Positions 1-9,082 of a stretch of 62,484 nucleotides of DNA are shown here, one piece after another. This stretch comes from a bacterium. GTDB taxonomy: Bacteria; Patescibacteriota; Minisyncoccia; Phycocordibacterales; UBA2100. Within the stretch, counting starts at the first letter, position 1. Every line of letters starts with the position of its first letter. A program made the position numbers and the translations under genes. Below the pieces are notes generated by a model that worked only from the letters and a program-made list of their open reading frames with translations, had not been told where the DNA came from and ran no database searches. The stretch spans positions 1 to 62,484 of the forward strand of contig JAUSJH010000018.1 of NCBI GenBank assembly GCA_030647655.1, read 5' to 3'.

Positions 1-2789
1 CCGAGATCGATCATCTCACCTGACGCGAGGTCCACGCCGTAGCACTTTTGACAGACGCCTCGGTAGACTTTGCAGGTCATTGGTGAGCGGACGATGACTT
101 CTTTGATACCTGCAGTGTCTTCTATTTTCTTGGCGTCGTCGCGAGTGAGCATGACATTGCGCTTGAAGATGACTTCAGTGCCGGCCATTGCATCCTCCGC
201 GAGTACGCGGCCATTGACGCGATCAGCGAAACTGCCGCCGATGTTTTCCTTGCCCGGGCGCTTGATGAGAGCACCATCTTTGGTACCGCAATCAGCTTCC
301 AAGATGATGACATCGTGTGACACATCGAAGAGACGGCGTGTGAGGTAACCAGCGCGTGCGGTGTTGAGCGCGGTGTCAGCGAGACCTTTGCGGGCGCCGT
401 GTGTCGAGATGAAGTATTCGATCGGAGTGAGGCCTTCTTTCAAGCTGGATGTGATGGGGAATTCGATGATTTCTCCGCGCGGGTTCGTGATGAGACCTTT
501 CATACCCACCATCTGGTGGAGCTGGACCACGGAACCGCGCGCGCCCGAGGTAATCATGTCGTGGACAGGGCCGTGCTCGTCGAGTGCGTCAACTACGTGC
601 TTGCGGAGTTCTCCGGAGACCTTGCCCCATATCTCAATCGTCATGCGGCGGCGCTCATCTTCGGTGAGGAGTCCGCTCTGGTAGTTCTCGATTTCTTTCG
701 CCGCCTTCTCGCGCCCCGCGCGGACCAGTTCTTCTTTCTGCTTAGGCACTACGACGTCCGAGATGGCCCACGTGATGCCTGCGTGAGTCGCATAACGGAA
801 GCCGAACGCCTTAATCTTGTTGAGAATTACGGGGATGCCATCGAGCTTGTAGTGAGTGACGAGGTCCTGCACGAGTGCGCCCATGCGCTTGTTGGTAATC
901 TCTTCGTTCAGGTACGGAAAATCGCTTGGGAGGACGGAGTTGAAGAGGAGGCGACCGACAGTCGTCTCGAATACACGCCCTCCGAACTGTGCATACTTTT
1001 TGTTCTCACTCGGCAAAACCTTTATCTTCGCGCGCAAATCGATAGCGCCGAAGTCGTACGCGGTGATGGCGGCATTGGTGGAAGGATGCGCTGTCCCCTC
1101 GCCTTTCGCTTTTTCGATAGCACGCGTCATCCAGTAACAGCCGAGCACGATGTCGAGGAGCTTCGAGGCGACGACGACGTCCCCGGACCCCGGCTTCAAG
1201 ACGTTCTTGTTGGCCGACATGATGAGTTTCGCTTCAAGCTGTGCGGCTTCCGAGAGTGGCACGTGGACGGCCATGGCGTCACCGTCGAAGTCGGCGTTGT
1301 ATGCGGGACAGACAAGCGGGTGCACCTGAATCGCATTGCCTTCGATGAGAACGGGGCGGAATGCTTGGATTGATTGACGGTGCAGAGTCGGTGCGCGATT
1401 CAAGAGCACGTATTTATCCTTTATCGCCTCTTCAAGGATGGGCCAGACCTCCGGCGCCTCATCTTCGATGAGGCGGCCGGCGCCGCGGATGTTGTAAGCA
1501 AGCTCGCGCGCAAGGAGTCCTGCGATTACGAACGGGCGGAAGAGCTCCAAAACCATGTGCTTCGGCAACCCGCATTCATCGAGTGCGAGATCCGGTCCGA
1601 CGACGATGACCGAGCGACCGGAGTAATCCACGCGTTTTCCGAGGAGATTCTGGCGAAGATACCCGTGTTTGCCTTTGAGGTAATCAGCGAGCGACTTTAA
1701 AGCACGGCGGCGGCCTCCCAAGATCCCAAGCACGCCCGCGCCGCGACGCATCGAGTTGTCGAGAAGCGCGTCTACGGCTTCCTGCAAAATCCTTTTTTCA
1801 TTGCGCAAAATCACCTCAGGCGCGTGTATGGCGAGGAGTCGCTTCAAGCGATTGTTGCGGTTGATGACGCGACGGTAGAGATCGTTCAAATCCGAGCTCG
1901 CGTGGCGGCCGCCTTCGAGTGCGACCATTGGGCGAAGCGCCGGCGGCACGACGGGGAGGCGCGTCAGGAACATCCATTCTGGGCGCACCCCTGCCCGTTG
2001 CAGACTTTCGGCGAGCCCCAAGCGTTTGCGCAGTTTGTCGCGATCGGCAACGCCGGACTTCTCGTACTGTTCTTTCACTTTCTTGATGAACTGTCCGATG
2101 TCGATGTGTTTCAAAATATTGTAGAGAGCCTCGGCTCCGATGAGGGCACGGAACATTGCGCCATATTTGACGGCAAAGAGGTGATACGACGCCTCGTCCA
2201 AAACGGCACCCATGCGGATGGACTCGATCTCTTTCTTCGCCTTTGTGGCGCGTTCCTTAAGATCGGTTTTCACCTCGGCGCTTGCGGCCGATTTGTTCTT
2301 GGTCTGGAATTCCTGCTCGAGATCTTTCAAAAGTCTGTCGCGCTCTTTCTCATCCACGTGTGTCACGATGTATCCTGCAAAATAGACGACCTTCTCCACC
2401 TCGGCGGCAGAAAGGCCGAGCATCAAGGCAATGCGTGATGGAATACCGCGCAAAAACCAGATGTGGGAAACCGGAGTCGCGAGATCGATGTGGCCCATGC
2501 GCTCTCTTCGCACGATAGCACGTGTAATCTCTACACCGCACTTCTCGCAGGTAATGCCGCGGAAGCGGATACCGCGGTATTTGCCGCAGTAACATTCATA
2601 ATCTTTTTCCGGACCGAAAACGCGCTCGTCGAAAAGACCGTTCTTCTCGGGGCGCTGGGTTCGATAGTTGATGGTCTCGGGCTTTGTTATCTCGCCGAAG
2701 CTCCACTCCAAAACGCGATCTGGTGCCGCGAGACGCATCGCGACTGCTTCGAAATCTTGCGGAATCATATCTTTCTTTTTCATAGCCAT
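1..2789 (-). CDS. rpoC: DNA-directed RNA polymerase subunit beta' (partial, runs off left edge)
   Basis: Manual minus-strand translation from ATG at 2789 (alt 2783): Zn-finger CYCGKY...[25 protein letters not shown] and catalytic NADFDGD; directly downstream of rpoB; no stop before position 1. Confidence 0.98.
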   Translation of the reverse strand, partial: MAMKKKDMIPQDFEAVAMRLAAPDRVLEWSFGEITKPETINYRTQRPEKNGLFDERVFGPEKDYECYCGKYRGIRFRGITCEKCGVEITRAIVRRERMGHIDLATPVSHIWFLRGIPSRIALMLGLSAAEVEKVVYFAGYIVTHVDEKERDRLLKDLEQEFQTKNKSAASAEVKTDLKERATKAKKEIESIRMGAVLDEASYHLFAVKYGAMFRALIGAEALYNILKHIDIGQFIKKVKEQYEKSGVADRDKLRKRLGLAESLQRAGVRPEWMFLTRLPVVPPALRPMVALEGGRHASSDLNDLYRRVINRNNRLKRLLAIHAPEVILRNEKRILQEAVDALLDNSMRRGAGVLGILGGRRRALKSLADYLKGKHGYLRQNLLGKRVDYSGRSVIVVGPDLALDECGLPKHMVLELFRPFVIAGLLARELAYNIRGAGRLIEDEAPEVWPILEEAIKDKYVLLNRAPTLHRQSIQAFRPVLIEGNAIQVHPLVCPAYNADFDGDAMAVHVPLSEAAQLEAKLIMSANKNVLKPGSGDVVVASKLLDIVLGCYWMTRAIEKAKGEGTAHPSTNAAITAYDFGAIDLRAKIKVLPSENKKYAQFGGRVFETTVGRLLFNSVLPSDFPYLNEEITNKRMGALVQDLVTHYKLDGIPVILNKIKAFGFRYATHAGITWAISDVVVPKQKEELVRAGREKAAKEIENYQSGLLTEDERRRMTIEIWGKVSGELRKHVVDALDEHGPVHDMITSGARGSVVQLHQMVGMKGLITNPRGEIIEFPITSSLKEGLTPIEYFISTHGARKGLADTALNTARAGYLTRRLFDVSHDVIILEADCGTKDGALIKRPGKENIGGSFADRVNGRVLAEDAMAGTEVIFKRNVMLTRDDAKKIEDTAGIKEVIVRSPMTCKVYRGVCQKCYGVDLASGEMIDL

Positions 2790-2800
2790 AGGAATTTTGA

Positions 2801-5800
2801 TTAGAAGTTCTGCGAACCGCCTTTAAATTCGATGTCGATACCCAAGCCACGCAAGTGCCGGACCAAGACACTGAAAGTGGCGGGGGTGTTCGACTCTTCA
2901 ATGCGTTTTCCGGAAACGATGGCATCGAACGCGGCGCTTCTTCCGAGGATGTCGTCGGATTTAATGGTGAGGATTTCGCGCAAGCTGTATGCGGCACCGT
3001 AGCCCAAGAAGGCCCAGACTTCCATTTCCCCCACGCGCTGACCGCCATTCTGTGCTTTGCCGCCCAAGGGTTGCTGTGTCGTGAGCGAGTAGGGGCCGAT
3101 GGAACGCATGTGGATTTTGTCCTCAACCATGTGGTGGAGCTTCAAGATATACATGACGCCTACGGAAACCGGCTGTGCAAAAGCTTCGCCGGTGCGTCCG
3201 TCGAAGAGAATGCGCTTGCCTGTTTCGGCAACGCCGGCGGCCTTTAGCTCGCTGCGGATCTCTTGTTCGGTAGCTCCCGCAAATGATGGCACAACTGCCT
3301 GATAGCCGAGCATGTCGGCGGCAAGTCCGAGATGGAGCTCGAGGATTTGCCCCAAGTTCATACGCGAAGGAACGCCCAACGGAGTAAGAATGATGTCCAC
3401 CGGATTCCCTTCCGCGTCGAACGGCATGTCTTCCTCGGGAAGAATGCGCGAAATGACACCCTTGTTGCCATGCCGGCCCGCGAGCTTATCGCCCACCGAA
3501 ATCGTGCGGAGCTGCGCGACCTCGACGTGCACACGCTTTATGACGCCGCTTTCGAGCTGGTCGCCGGTCTCGCGCGAAAATATCTTGACACCGATAACGC
3601 GGCCGCGTTTCCCGCCCTCCATACGAAGAGAGGTGTCTTTCACGTCTTTCGCCTTCTCGCCGAAGATCGCGTGTAAGAGCCTTTCTTCGGGCGTGAGCTG
3701 CGTCTCGCCTTTCGGCGTTACTTTGCCGACCAGAATATCTCCCGAGCGGACTTCTGCGCCGATACGAATAATGCCGTCTTCGTCGAGATTACGAAGCTTG
3801 AATTCGCTGACGTTCGGAATGTCGTGGGTCGTAACTTCCGCACCAAGTTTGGTGTCCCTTACGACGCAAATAAACTCTTCCATGTGTATGGAAGTGAAGC
3901 GTGCTTCCTTGGCGAGACGTTCTGAAATGACGATGGCGTCCTCGAAGTTGGCACCGAACCACGGCAAAAAGGCGACGCGTACGTTCTGACCGATGGAGAG
4001 CTGGCCGCCGACCGAAGTGGATGTATCGGCAAGAAGGCCGCCCTTTTTCACCGTGTCGCCGACAGATACGGCGGGGCGCTGGTGGAAAGTGGTAAAGCCG
4101 TTGGTTCGGGAGAAATTGACGAGTGTGTGTTCTTTGGTCTTTCCTTCTGCATTTTTGACCTTTATCATTTGAGCGTCTGCATACACGACCTCACCTGCCT
4201 CTTCTGCAAGGACAAGGCGGCCCGAATCGCGTGCCGCGGCGGCCTCCACTCCGGTTGCAACGACCGGTGCCTCGGGCACCACGAGCGGGACCGCCTGCTT
4301 TTGCATGTTCGAACCCATGAGGGCTCGGTTGGCGTCGTCGTTCTCGACAAAAGGAATGAGCGAGGTCGCAACCGAAAAGGGCTGATTGGTGGCAACCTCC
4401 ATGAAATCCACCTGCTCGCGCTTCACGAGGGTCGGATTCCCTTCGCGCCGCACTTCCACCATTTTTACCGAAATGTGACCGTCCTCATCGCGCGGGGTCG
4501 CCGCGTGCGCGATAGCATACTGTTCTTCCTCGAGTGCATTTAGATAAACGATACTTTTGGTCACTGTTCCCTTCTCGACTTTTGCATATGGGGTTTCGAT
4601 GATGCCGAATTCGTTGGGACGCGCGTAGAGCGACATGTGCAATACGAGCCCGATGTTCTTGCCTTCGGGAGTGTGGATGGGGCAGACGCGGCCGTAGTGC
4701 GAGGAGTGCACATCGCGGACCTCGAGACCTGCACGCTCCGAGGTAAGCCCACCGCGCCCGAGTGTCGAGAGCGTGCGCAAGTGCTCGATCTCGTCGAGCG
4801 TATTGTATTGCTGCATGAGCTGAGAGAGTTGGTCGGTCGTGAAAAATTCCCGTATCGCCGCTTGAAACGGGCGTGGATTGATGAAGGAAACCGGATTGGT
4901 GGTCTCCGCGTCTACCATCGCCATACGGTCCTGAATGTTGCGCTTCATGCGTGAGAGTCCCACGCGCATGCGGCCCTCGAGAAGCTCGCCTGCAAAACGC
5001 ACGCGTCGGAAGCCAAGGTGGTCAATATCGTCTGCCTGAGCGAGCGGGTCGGCGTTCAATTCGGCGATGTGGGTGATGATGCGAACGATATCGGAGAGCG
5101 TGAGCGTCGAATTAACGAGATCTTTTTCAGAAATGCCGAGGCCGAATCTTCGGTTGAAATGAAAGCGGCCGACGCGGGAGAAATCATAGCGATCCCCCGA
5201 GAGGATGGATTCCACGTGAGCGCGGGCCGACTCGGGTGTTGCTATGTCGCCATCGCGGAGCCTTCTATAGATCTCGACGAATGCCTCCTCGGGCGTCATC
5301 GCATGGTCATGTGCGAGTGTCGACGCAACCGCGTCCCGAGCGAGCGGGGACTTTTCAAATGCAGAGAGTATTTTCTTCTCGGTCGCGAGTCCCAAGACGC
5401 GCAAAAGCGAAGTTACCGGAAACTTCCGCTTACGGTCTATCTTAACGTAAATGCCTCCATCCGCGTCGGATTCTATTTCTATCCAGACTCCGCGGGCGGG
5501 AATTATCTTGGCGGCAAAATAATTGTTGCCTTTGTAGGGAATGGACTCGAAGAAGACGCCGTACGAGCGCGCAAGCTGCGGCACGACGATTCTCTCGACA
5601 CCGTTGATGATGAACGTGCCGTGCGGTGTCATCCATGGAAAATCTGCAAGGAAAATCTCCTGTTCCTTTTCATCTCCCGTCGTTTTGTTCTTCAAGCGGA
5701 CGACCATCGAGAGCGGCGCTTCGTAGGTGCGCATGGCGCGCTTCGCGTAGTGCTCGTCCCAGCGCAGTTCACCGAAAGTGAATTTCACCAGCTTCAATTC

Positions 5801-5977
5801 GAACTTCTTTGCGGAGTGGTCGGTGATAGGGGAAAACTCCTTGAAGACACGCTCCGCGCCACCCTCCACGAATTGTCGGAAGGATGCGATCTGACTCTCG
5901 ACGAGCGAGGGGAATTTGACGAGCGGCTCTCGGAATTTGCCGAAGTATTTCTGCGGTCGCATTTTTGTCTTCGCCAT
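2801..5977 (-). CDS. rpoB: DNA-directed RNA polymerase subunit beta
   Basis: 1058 aa; GDKLAGRHGNKGV, HYGRVCPIHTPEG, GGQRVGEMEVWA motifs. Confidence 0.99.
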   Translation of the reverse strand: MAKTKMRPQKYFGKFREPLVKFPSLVESQIASFRQFVEGGAERVFKEFSPITDHSAKKFELKLVKFTFGELRWDEHYAKRAMRTYEAPLSMVVRLKNKTTGDEKEQEIFLADFPWMTPHGTFIINGVERIVVPQLARSYGVFFESIPYKGNNYFAAKIIPARGVWIEIESDADGGIYVKIDRKRKFPVTSLLRVLGLATEKKILSAFEKSPLARDAVASTLAHDHAMTPEEAFVEIYRRLRDGDIATPESARAHVESILSGDRYDFSRVGRFHFNRRFGLGISEKDLVNSTLTLSDIVRIITHIAELNADPLAQADDIDHLGFRRVRFAGELLEGRMRVGLSRMKRNIQDRMAMVDAETTNPVSFINPRPFQAAIREFFTTDQLSQLMQQYNTLDEIEHLRTLSTLGRGGLTSERAGLEVRDVHSSHYGRVCPIHTPEGKNIGLVLHMSLYARPNEFGIIETPYAKVEKGTVTKSIVYLNALEEEQYAIAHAATPRDEDGHISVKMVEVRREGNPTLVKREQVDFMEVATNQPFSVATSLIPFVENDDANRALMGSNMQKQAVPLVVPEAPVVATGVEAAAARDSGRLVLAEEAGEVVYADAQMIKVKNAEGKTKEHTLVNFSRTNGFTTFHQRPAVSVGDTVKKGGLLADTSTSVGGQLSIGQNVRVAFLPWFGANFEDAIVISERLAKEARFTSIHMEEFICVVRDTKLGAEVTTHDIPNVSEFKLRNLDEDGIIRIGAEVRSGDILVGKVTPKGETQLTPEERLLHAIFGEKAKDVKDTSLRMEGGKRGRVIGVKIFSRETGDQLESGVIKRVHVEVAQLRTISVGDKLAGRHGNKGVISRILPEEDMPFDAEGNPVDIILTPLGVPSRMNLGQILELHLGLAADMLGYQAVVPSFAGATEQEIRSELKAAGVAETGKRILFDGRTGEAFAQPVSVGVMYILKLHHMVEDKIHMRSIGPYSLTTQQPLGGKAQNGGQRVGEMEVWAFLGYGAAYSLREILTIKSDDILGRSAAFDAIVSGKRIEESNTPATFSVLVRHLRGLGIDIEFKGGSQNF

Positions 5978-6210
5978 GGTTGCAACAGGCTACCCGTGGG
6001 GCGCCAGAGGCGCTCCAGGTGTGACTTCGGTTATTAAATTTTCGTATATATGAGACTTTGTCTCATGCTGCCTGCGTCGCTCGGAAATTAAAATGCAAAG
6101 CATTTTCATTTCACTCGCTATCCTCGGCAGAACAAATGCATCTTTCGATGCTACCCTACTTTTCTCCAAAAGCGCAACCGCAACTCAATCAGCTCTTGAA
6201 ATGTCCGCAG

Positions 6211-6239
6211 AGTATAAGCGAGGTGCTCTGGAGTGTCAA
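6211..6239 (-). promoter_or_regulatory. sigma70-type promoter upstream of rpoBC
   Basis: Minus strand TTGACA-17nt-TATACT; implies a ~225-nt leader before the rpoB ATG. Confidence 0.75.
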
Positions 6240-6250
6240 GCGTTTTCGGG

Positions 6251-6691
6251 CTACTTGTACTTTTGTACCTTTGTAAGCATTATAACGAGCTCTTTTGCAG
6301 TGCCATCTGACATTTGAGCTTCTTCTTCATGGGGTCTATGTCTCACATTTCCCGTAGCGAAGAGGCCCTCAAGTTCTTTCCAGAGAAGTGTGGCGCGCGA
6401 AGCATATCCCTCCTGCACTGAAGCGACATAATAATCATAGGGTTCTGCTTCGTGATAATCCTTTGCGGGAGTGATACCTATGGCGCCGATAATGTTCCAG
6501 TATAATGTCCGCGCTGTACTCCAGCGCTTCTGTAAAATAACGTTAGCACTCGCGTTTGACTGACTTTCTGAATCTCCCGTATTTTTTCTCTGAAGATCCT
6601 TGGCTAATTCTAGTGCCGCTTTTTTGAATAGTTCCTGCCGCTGCAATTCGAGTGAGTTCTGTTGAAGCGACTGGGGCTTTTCTGGATTCAT
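6251..6691 (-). CDS. hypothetical protein (visibly AT-richer than flanks)
   Basis: 146-aa ORF filling the trmD-rpoB gap; no recognised motif. Confidence 0.6.
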   Translation of the reverse strand: MNPEKPQSLQQNSLELQRQELFKKAALELAKDLQRKNTGDSESQSNASANVILQKRWSTARTLYWNIIGAIGITPAKDYHEAEPYDYYVASVQEGYASRATLLWKELEGLFATGNVRHRPHEEEAQMSDGTAKELVIMLTKVQKYK

Positions 6692-6701
6692 GTTGTATAT
6701 A

Positions 6702-7343
6702 TTACCTCCGCGTGCGTTTTTTCCACTCCTCTATCTTGGCGTGGTGGCCGGATTTGAGGACCTCCGGCACCTTGTACTTTTTGCCTTTCCAGACCAAAAC
6801 ATCAGGACGTGTGTAGACCTCGGGGCTTGATACGCGGCTCGCTTCGAGCGATTCGGCTTTACCCAAGACGCCGGGGACAAAGCGCGAGATGGCATCAATA
6901 ACGGTTGCCGCGGGAAGCTCGCCGCCAGTCAGAACGTATGGGCCGACGGAGACTTTCTTCGCTTTGAGTATTTTTTGTACGCGTGCATCCACGCCCTCGT
7001 AGTGCCCGCAGATAAAAAGAATGCCTTTCTTTTTTGAGAGCTTCTTCGCCATCGCCTCGTCGAACAACTTCCCATCGGTCGAGAAAAATATCTTTTCGAC
7101 ACCTTCCTTATTCCCTATCGCCTTGTGTGCCGCTCGCAACACGCCGTCGGGTTCCAAGACCATCCCAGGTCCACCACCATACGGTCGCCTATCCACACGA
7201 CCGTATTTGTCGCGGGTGAATTTCTTCGGGTCGTAATATGAAATCTTTATCTTCTTCGCCGCGAGCGCGCGGCCGATGATTGAGCTCTTGAGATATGGCT
7301 CGATGGATTCGGGAAATAAACTGATTATGTGAAAGTGGAGCAT
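6702..7343 (-). CDS. trmD: tRNA (guanine37-N1)-methyltransferase
   Basis: VDRRPYGGGPGMVL, ICGHYEGVDARV, YVLTGGELPA, YTRP motifs. Confidence 0.97.
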   Translation of the reverse strand: MLHFHIISLFPESIEPYLKSSIIGRALAAKKIKISYYDPKKFTRDKYGRVDRRPYGGGPGMVLEPDGVLRAAHKAIGNKEGVEKIFFSTDGKLFDEAMAKKLSKKKGILFICGHYEGVDARVQKILKAKKVSVGPYVLTGGELPAATVIDAISRFVPGVLGKAESLEASRVSSPEVYTRPDVLVWKGKKYKVPEVLKSGHHAKIEEWKKRTRR

Positions 7344-7373
7344 GGTATTCCGTGGTGTGGTATCCTTTATCTT

Positions 7374-7688
7374 ATGGGAAAACTCATCTTATTTCTGTGG
7401 TCGCTAGCGGGAAGCATGGCTTTGCAGATGGGTTGGATTGTAGCGCTTGGGCTTATAGACATTGCAAAGGGTGTAGCGCTCGATTGCCCTCAATTTAGTT
7501 TTTGGGGACCAACTGTACATAATGTCTGCTCATTCGGAGAATATATGTCCTACTCAATAACGTGGGTAACGATGATTAACGTACTGTCTCTCGGCCTCCC
7601 TACACTAGTCATCACGCTGGTGCTTTTCTTAATTTTACTGTTCGTCCAAAAAATTCGATCGATTGCTACTCCCCCTTCAAATCCTTGA
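7374..7688 (+). CDS. small hypothetical membrane protein
   Basis: Hydrophobic segments at both ends; ATG 7 nt after a TATCCT -10-like box; antisense to neighbours, slight overlap with khpA end. Confidence 0.5.
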   Translation: MGKLILFLWSLAGSMALQMGWIVALGLIDIAKGVALDCPQFSFWGPTVHNVCSFGEYMSYSITWVTMINVLSLGLPTLVITLVLFLILLFVQKIRSIATPPSNP

Positions 7689-8040
7689 TGACGTCGTCCA
7701 CCGTCGTGTCGCGCACGTAGGGCTTGGCGGGGCCCGAGTCAATTTCGCCTGCGCCACCCATACTGCGCTCGCCCCGCCCTTCGCGGGGCTCGCTTCCCTC
7801 CGGCTCTTCAATCTTGAGATTGACCCGCGCATCGTTCTTCATCCCGACCACGCGCAAGACGGTGCGGATGGCTTTGGCGGTCGCACCAGAGCGGCCGATG
7901 ACCTTGCCCATGTCGTCTTTGTGCACCGAGAGCGTGAGAAGGACTCCCATCTCATCCACCGTGCGATTAATCTTTACGTCATTCGGATTGTCAACCAATG
8001 CCTTTACCACATAGTCCAAAAATTTCTCATCTTGTTCCAT
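7666..8040 (-). CDS. khpA: KH-domain RNA-binding protein (KhpA/YlqC family)
   Basis: DMGKVIGRSGATAKAIRT (GxxG KH loop); position downstream of rpsP. Confidence 0.9.
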   Translation of the reverse strand: MEQDEKFLDYVVKALVDNPNDVKINRTVDEMGVLLTLSVHKDDMGKVIGRSGATAKAIRTVLRVVGMKNDARVNLKIEEPEGSEPREGRGERSMGGAGEIDSGPAKPYVRDTTVDDVIKDLKGE

Positions 8041-8079
8041 ATCTGAATTGCTATCTTCTAATGGTCTTTTTAGTATACC

Positions 8080-8541
8080 TTATGCGGCCGGCGTCTCCAC
8101 AACATCAGGCGTTTTCTTTTCTACCACTGGCTCCTCTGGTTTTGCCTCTTCGGCAGGAACTTCTGCGGGCGTCTCTGCGGGAGCTACAACTTCTTCCTTC
8201 TTCGCCTCGCCAGAGCCTTCCTCGCCCGTAGTAGCTTTAGCAGAGTCGGGGGCGACGGCGGGTGCTGGTTCTTTGTATTTCGGAAGTACGTTTATCTTCT
8301 TCGCATTCAAAATGCCGAGCGAGACAAGCATATTGTGCACCGTGTCCGACGGCTTGGCGCCTACCGACATCCAATATTTGATGCGTTCGGCATTGAGTAC
8401 GCGCTCCTTGGTCTTGGGGTTGTAGGTGCCGACTTTCTCTACGACGTTGCCTGTCTTGGGACCCTCAGTGTGTTCCACTACGACAATGCGATATGAAGGC
8501 GTATTTATGCGCCCCGTCCTTTGCATTCGTATCTTCAACAT
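8080..8541 (-). CDS. rpsP: 30S ribosomal protein S16 with acidic Pro/Ala/Glu-rich C-terminal extension
   Basis: MLKIRMQRTGR...YRIVV...GTYNP...ERIKYWMSVGAKPSDTV. Confidence 0.96.
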   Translation of the reverse strand: MLKIRMQRTGRINTPSYRIVVVEHTEGPKTGNVVEKVGTYNPKTKERVLNAERIKYWMSVGAKPSDTVHNMLVSLGILNAKKINVLPKYKEPAPAVAPDSAKATTGEEGSGEAKKEEVVAPAETPAEVPAEEAKPEEPVVEKKTPDVVETPAA

Positions 8542-8554
8542 ATGTCGCGACACT

Positions 8555-8660
8555 GTACCCCATGAGATAAAAATAGTCCAGTTTATTTACCCTGACATTC
8601 AGGTACGTGCGGCGCGCTACTTTGTTCAATATTCGGAATGACTTATCTCACGGGGTGTAC
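8555..8660. mobile_element. ~106-bp inverted-repeat-bounded element (copy A)
   Basis: Arms gtaccccatgagataa (8555-8570) and ttatctcacggggtgtac (8643-8660); same arms as element at 31794-31900. Confidence 0.6.
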
Positions 8661-8674
8661 CAGATAACTATATA

Positions 8675-8709
8675 AAATCAACGGCCGGCGCCCCGCAGTG
8701 GGCGCCGGC
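8675..8709 (-). terminator. putative intrinsic terminator
   Basis: 10-bp GC stem gccggcgccc/gggcgccggc (8684-8709) followed on minus strand by a weak T-rich tract. Confidence 0.5.
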
Positions 8710-8722
8710 ACATGACACGTTG

Positions 8723-9004
8723 TCAGCCGTGCGAAAAGCGGTCGTCAGGCAACGAAGGGTCGGAGGCCCCGAGCTCCGGCCGATCCGGAAACGGAAACTG
8801 ATCCGCAGGCCGTTCGACTTTTTCGAAGTCCTCCGCCGGCAACCAGCCACCGTAGCCGATGTGCAGTCCTGCCAACAAGACCTTCCAGCCGTCTCTGCCG
8901 AGCATCACCGCGTCAACGGTGTAGTTATCTCGAACCGGCATATGGACGCCCGCCTTCGGACGCACTTGGTCGTCGGGGTCGAATGGTACTCTCTGACCCT
9001 CCAT
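8723..9004 (-). CDS. small hypothetical protein, possible SH3/KOW-like beta-barrel
   Basis: MEGQRVPFDPDDQVRPK...YTVDAV...WKVLLAG...WLPAEDFEKV pattern resembles small SH3-like barrels; purine-rich SD-like (AAGG) upstream; fold call is inference. Confidence 0.5.
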   Translation of the reverse strand: MEGQRVPFDPDDQVRPKAGVHMPVRDNYTVDAVMLGRDGWKVLLAGLHIGYGGWLPAEDFEKVERPADQFPFPDRPELGASDPSLPDDRFSHG

Positions 9005-9082
9005 GACACCTTCTCTCGCTCGGCGAACATGCGACGCATGTTCTCCCAACCGAGCTTCCGACGACACTCTACGCTTCGTATG

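Noticed and set aside
399-6037. Long plus-strand ORFs (399-1373, 1374-1700, 1824-2438, 5018-6037)
   Set aside because: Antisense shadows of rpoC/rpoB caused by GC-rich codon bias; same for 9573-10619, 26584-27471, 40431-41459 and similar
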